64,000 bases of DNA from Candidatus Eiseniibacteriota bacterium. GTDB lineage: Bacteria; Eisenbacteria; RBG-16-71-46; SZUA-252. The DNA is taken from the NCBI GenBank assembly GCA_963703225.1, contig OY969801.1:2208001-2272000 (forward strand), given 5' to 3'. Numbering within the stretch: position 1 is the stretch's first letter; every line of letters begins with the position of its first letter. A program made the position numbers and the translations under genes. Below the pieces are notes generated by a model. The model saw only the letters and a list, made by a program, of their open reading frames with translations. It was not told the origin of the DNA and made no database searches. Below, piece after piece: positions 61,243-64,000 of this stretch.

Positions 61243-62342
61243 TAGGTTCTCCCAAGAGCTGCCTCCCGCGGCACCGCGGTCAGGCCGCCGAGGTCTTCGA
61301 GAAACGCGGCGAACTCGGCCAGATCGAGCTGCTGGAATCCATCCGAGAGCGCTTGGTCCGGCCGATCGTGGATCTCGATCATCAGCCCGTCCGCGCCGGC
61401 GGCCAATGCGGCCCGCCCGCACGGGGCCATGATGTCCTTGCGCCCGAGGGCGTGACTCAAGTCCACGATCACGGGGAGCGAGGTTTCATTCTGGAGCAAC
61501 GGAACCGCCGAGATGTCGAGCGTATATCGCGTCGCGCGCTCGAAGGTCCGGATGCCGCGCTCACAGAGGACAACCGCTTCGTTGCCGCCGGAGAGAATGT
61601 ACTCCGCGGAGAGGAGCAGCTCCTCCAGGGTCGCCATGAACGCGCGCTTGAGGAGGACCGGCTTACCCACGCGCCCGACGGCCTTGAGCAGCTCCGTATT
61701 GAACATGTTGCGGGCGCCGATTTGGAGCATATCCGCGTGCTCGACGACCACGTCGAGAGTCGCGGTGTCCAGCACCTCGGTGACCACGCTGAGCCCGTGC
61801 CGGTCGGCGGCCTCACGAAGGATCCGAAGCCCCTCCTCCCTCAGCCCCTGGAACGCGTACGGGTTTGTGCGGGGCTTGAACGCGCCCGCCCGGAGGATCT
61901 TCTTCCCCGGAAGCCGGGCGATGAACGCGGCGATCGAATCCATCTGCTCGGGCGTCTCCACCGAGCAAGGGCCCAGAAAGAAGACCGGATCCCCACGTCC
62001 GATCGCGACATCCCCCACTCGAATACCCGCTTCCGGGACGAGGCCCTCACGAAAAACGTGCATCGTCTTCCGTCGCTCCCGATCCTGAATGTCGAGTGAA
62101 GCGCGAAAGATCGCTTTGAAAATCTCCCGAACTTCCGTGGACCGGAAGGGGCCCACGGCGGCCGAAGTGAGGCTCTGCAGCATGTCCTCTTCCCGCTTGG
62201 CGTCGTAGCCGTCGATGCCCTGAGCCCGTTTGAGGGCCGCAATTTCGAGCACGACTTCGCCTCGCCTCTGTATGTAGGAGAGGATCTTCTCGTTCAGGAG
62301 GTCGATTTCGCTGCGGAGGGCGCTCAGCCTGGGTTCCGTCAT
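61242..62342 (-). CDS. Bifunctional chorismate mutase (AroQ) / DAHP synthase (class I-beta)
   Basis: N-terminal LRSEID.LN..IL.....R...D.KRE; GPCSVE, KPRTNPY.FQG, QIGARNM, CERGIRTFE. Confidence 0.92.
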   Translation of the reverse strand: MTEPRLSALRSEIDLLNEKILSYIQRRGEVVLEIAALKRAQGIDGYDAKREEDMLQSLTSAAVGPFRSTEVREIFKAIFRASLDIQDRERRKTMHVFREGLVPEAGIRVGDVAIGRGDPVFFLGPCSVETPEQMDSIAAFIARLPGKKILRAGAFKPRTNPYAFQGLREEGLRILREAADRHGLSVVTEVLDTATLDVVVEHADMLQIGARNMFNTELLKAVGRVGKPVLLKRAFMATLEELLLSAEYILSGGNEAVVLCERGIRTFERATRYTLDISAVPLLQNETSLPVIVDLSHALGRKDIMAPCGRAALAAGADGLMIEIHDRPDQALSDGFQQLDLAEFAAFLEDLGGLTAVPREAALGRT

Positions 62343-62437
62343 GGGCCGTGAAAGTCTAGTCCACGCCAGGGCCCCGCGCAATGGGAGGTTCAGCCCGGGC
62401 CCGCCGATGGCCGGCCGGCAACGCGGGCCATCGCCGC

Positions 62438-63247
62438 CTACCTCCGCCTGATCGACTTCAGCTCGTCGCGCTCGCTCCCATCCTCAGCCGTCACGAGGAC
62501 GAGCCCGACCCCTGGGGCGTAGTACTTGTACTCGCGCACGTCGGGCGCCAAGGCCGACCACTCGATGATCTTGAGGCACCGCGTGAACCGTCCGTAGGGT
62601 ACGGTCACCCGCTTGTTCAGGCCGACGATGCGGGCCCGGTCCTCGGCGACGCCGGGGGCATTTTCCTGCGCGTACTCCAAGCCGACTCGGGGCCTCGCCT
62701 GCATGATGATTCCGGGCAGAGCGCCGTCCCTCCCGGCCTCCCACGTTCCCTCCGTGCTCACGACCACGCCGTTCTCGTACTCCTTCGTGTCCTCTCCGAA
62801 GTACCAGACGTTGCCGTCATCGTCCTGCGCGTGGAGGTCGTACGTGTCCTCCCGCAGCGAGCCGTTCACGAACACCTGGTCGTGGATGATCGTGGTCCTG
62901 ACGCCGAGGACCATCTTCGTTCCGCGGGTTACCTCGAACTTGGTCGTCGCGACGCCTTCATCGGTCTCCTGCTTGTATGTGAAGACCGTGCCCGGGATCA
63001 GCGGAAAGTACGGGTTATCGATCTTGGCGACGAAATCGTGCGGATCGAAGTCGTCAGACTTCGAATCATCGCGATCGCGGCTGGCTTGGGGTGGCGAGCC
63101 CTGAGCGGCGGACCCGTCGAGGCCGGCCTGGGCCCCGGGAGCCACCGGGTTCAGTCGGCCCGAGGATTGGTCCTGGCTGCACCCCGCCAGGCCCAAGAGC
63201 GTGAGGACAAGGGCGATGGTCGGAACAGAATTCGCGTGGATTCTCAT
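62438..63247 (-). CDS. Hypothetical lipoprotein
   Basis: Lipobox LAGC; IDNPYFPL.PG, GNVWYFGE, KYYAPGVGLV. Confidence 0.82.
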   Translation of the reverse strand: MRIHANSVPTIALVLTLLGLAGCSQDQSSGRLNPVAPGAQAGLDGSAAQGSPPQASRDRDDSKSDDFDPHDFVAKIDNPYFPLIPGTVFTYKQETDEGVATTKFEVTRGTKMVLGVRTTIIHDQVFVNGSLREDTYDLHAQDDDGNVWYFGEDTKEYENGVVVSTEGTWEAGRDGALPGIIMQARPRVGLEYAQENAPGVAEDRARIVGLNKRVTVPYGRFTRCLKIIEWSALAPDVREYKYYAPGVGLVLVTAEDGSERDELKSIRRR

Positions 63248-63352
63248 CGGTCAATCCCCCCTCGGTCGAATCGTGGATCGGTGGAGCACCAGTCTTCGCA
63301 GAGAAGGAACCGACGAGGGCGAGGCTTTGTGACGAGGGCGCGAGCCCGGCGG

Positions 63353-64000
63353 TCAGCGTCCGGAGGGCTCGAACGTCACGATGTAGGTGCCGGACGGATC
63401 GACCCGGCCTCCCGTGATGATGCGGGATCCGGCCTTGGTAAAGCGCAGCTCCCCGTCAACCCGGATCTCGACCCATGCCGCGGCGCGGGGAATTTGGACC
63501 TCGTAGCTGGCCGAGGACCCCTCGTTTCGGATGAGGAGCTCGTCGACCCCGGACGTGAAGGTCACGGCGCCGAGCGGCGCGCGAACCACGACGTCGGCGC
63601 CCTCCGCCAGCGACACCCGGGCTCGCCCCTCCGATTGGGACGACGTGAAGAGGAGGACGAATCTCTGCCCGGGGTTGACCGCGATGCCCGCGACCCGCTG
63701 ATCGGAGCCTTGGCTAGGGACCGGAACGGATCCCGGCGGCTTCGCGTGCGACCCGATCCTCCCCGCCAAGGCGTCGACCCACGCCTTCACAGGAGAGCCC
63801 GGCGCCGCGTAGACCGCGCCGCCCACACCCAGGGCCAAGAGGATGATCGCTGCTCGACGGACCCATGTGAGGTCGCGTCCCTGCGCCCTCGCGGCGATCG
63901 TCTCGACGTCGACGGACGGCGGAGGGTCGTCCACGACCCCGAGGAGCGCGCGAACCTGCTCTCCTTCCCGCTCCGCGTCGGCGACCCGGCGGCGGCATTC
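63353..64000 (-). CDS. Probable anti-sigma factor (zf-HC2 type), 5' end outside the window
   Basis: Frame begins ECRRRV (end of a putative HxxxCxxC), then one TM helix and an extracytoplasmic domain. Confidence 0.55.
   Translation of the reverse strand, partial: ECRRRVADAEREGEQVRALLGVVDDPPPSVDVETIAARAQGRDLTWVRRAAIILLALGVGGAVYAAPGSPVKAWVDALAGRIGSHAKPPGSVPVPSQGSDQRVAGIAVNPGQRFVLLFTSSQSEGRARVSLAEGADVVVRAPLGAVTFTSGVDELLIRNEGSSASYEVQIPRAAAWVEIRVDGELRFTKAGSRIITGGRVDPSGTYIVTFEPSGR

Overview
High-GC bacterial chromosome segment. By inference from gene content (FlgD-type C-terminal sorting domain, PorV-like barrel, MglAB, SpoVG) it is probably an FCB-related candidate lineage such as Ca. Eisenbacteria/Latescibacterota. 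Bases 1-33000 are an entirely minus-strand housekeeping run: selA, livKHMGF, rplI-rpsR-rpsF-pth-rplY-prs, tRNA-Gln, spoVG-ispE, envelope sugar genes, alaS-recX-recA-thpR-cinA-pgpA, mglAB, recR-ebfC-dnaX, SRP RNA, tadA and five more tRNAs. From about 33 kb the window is accessory. It holds a protamine-like Arg/Lys-rich protein and a tRNA-Ser(UGA) integration hotspot, where the tRNA occurs as an orphan 3' half, an intact gene and an orphan 5' half. These pieces bound an integrase-less island of nuclease/defence-type genes, punctuated by three copies of a ~130-nt structured repeat, and a 7-bladed FG-GAP gene. Further right are a GltD-like/2-oxoacid oxidoreductase cluster, a direct-repeat-bounded DHFR-family gene, and a translationally coupled chorismate mutase-DAHP synthase / cmoA / membrane methyltransferase operon with no cmoB in the window. 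Several single-base frameshifts may be sequencing errors. All family calls are by-eye motif recognition; no database search was run.
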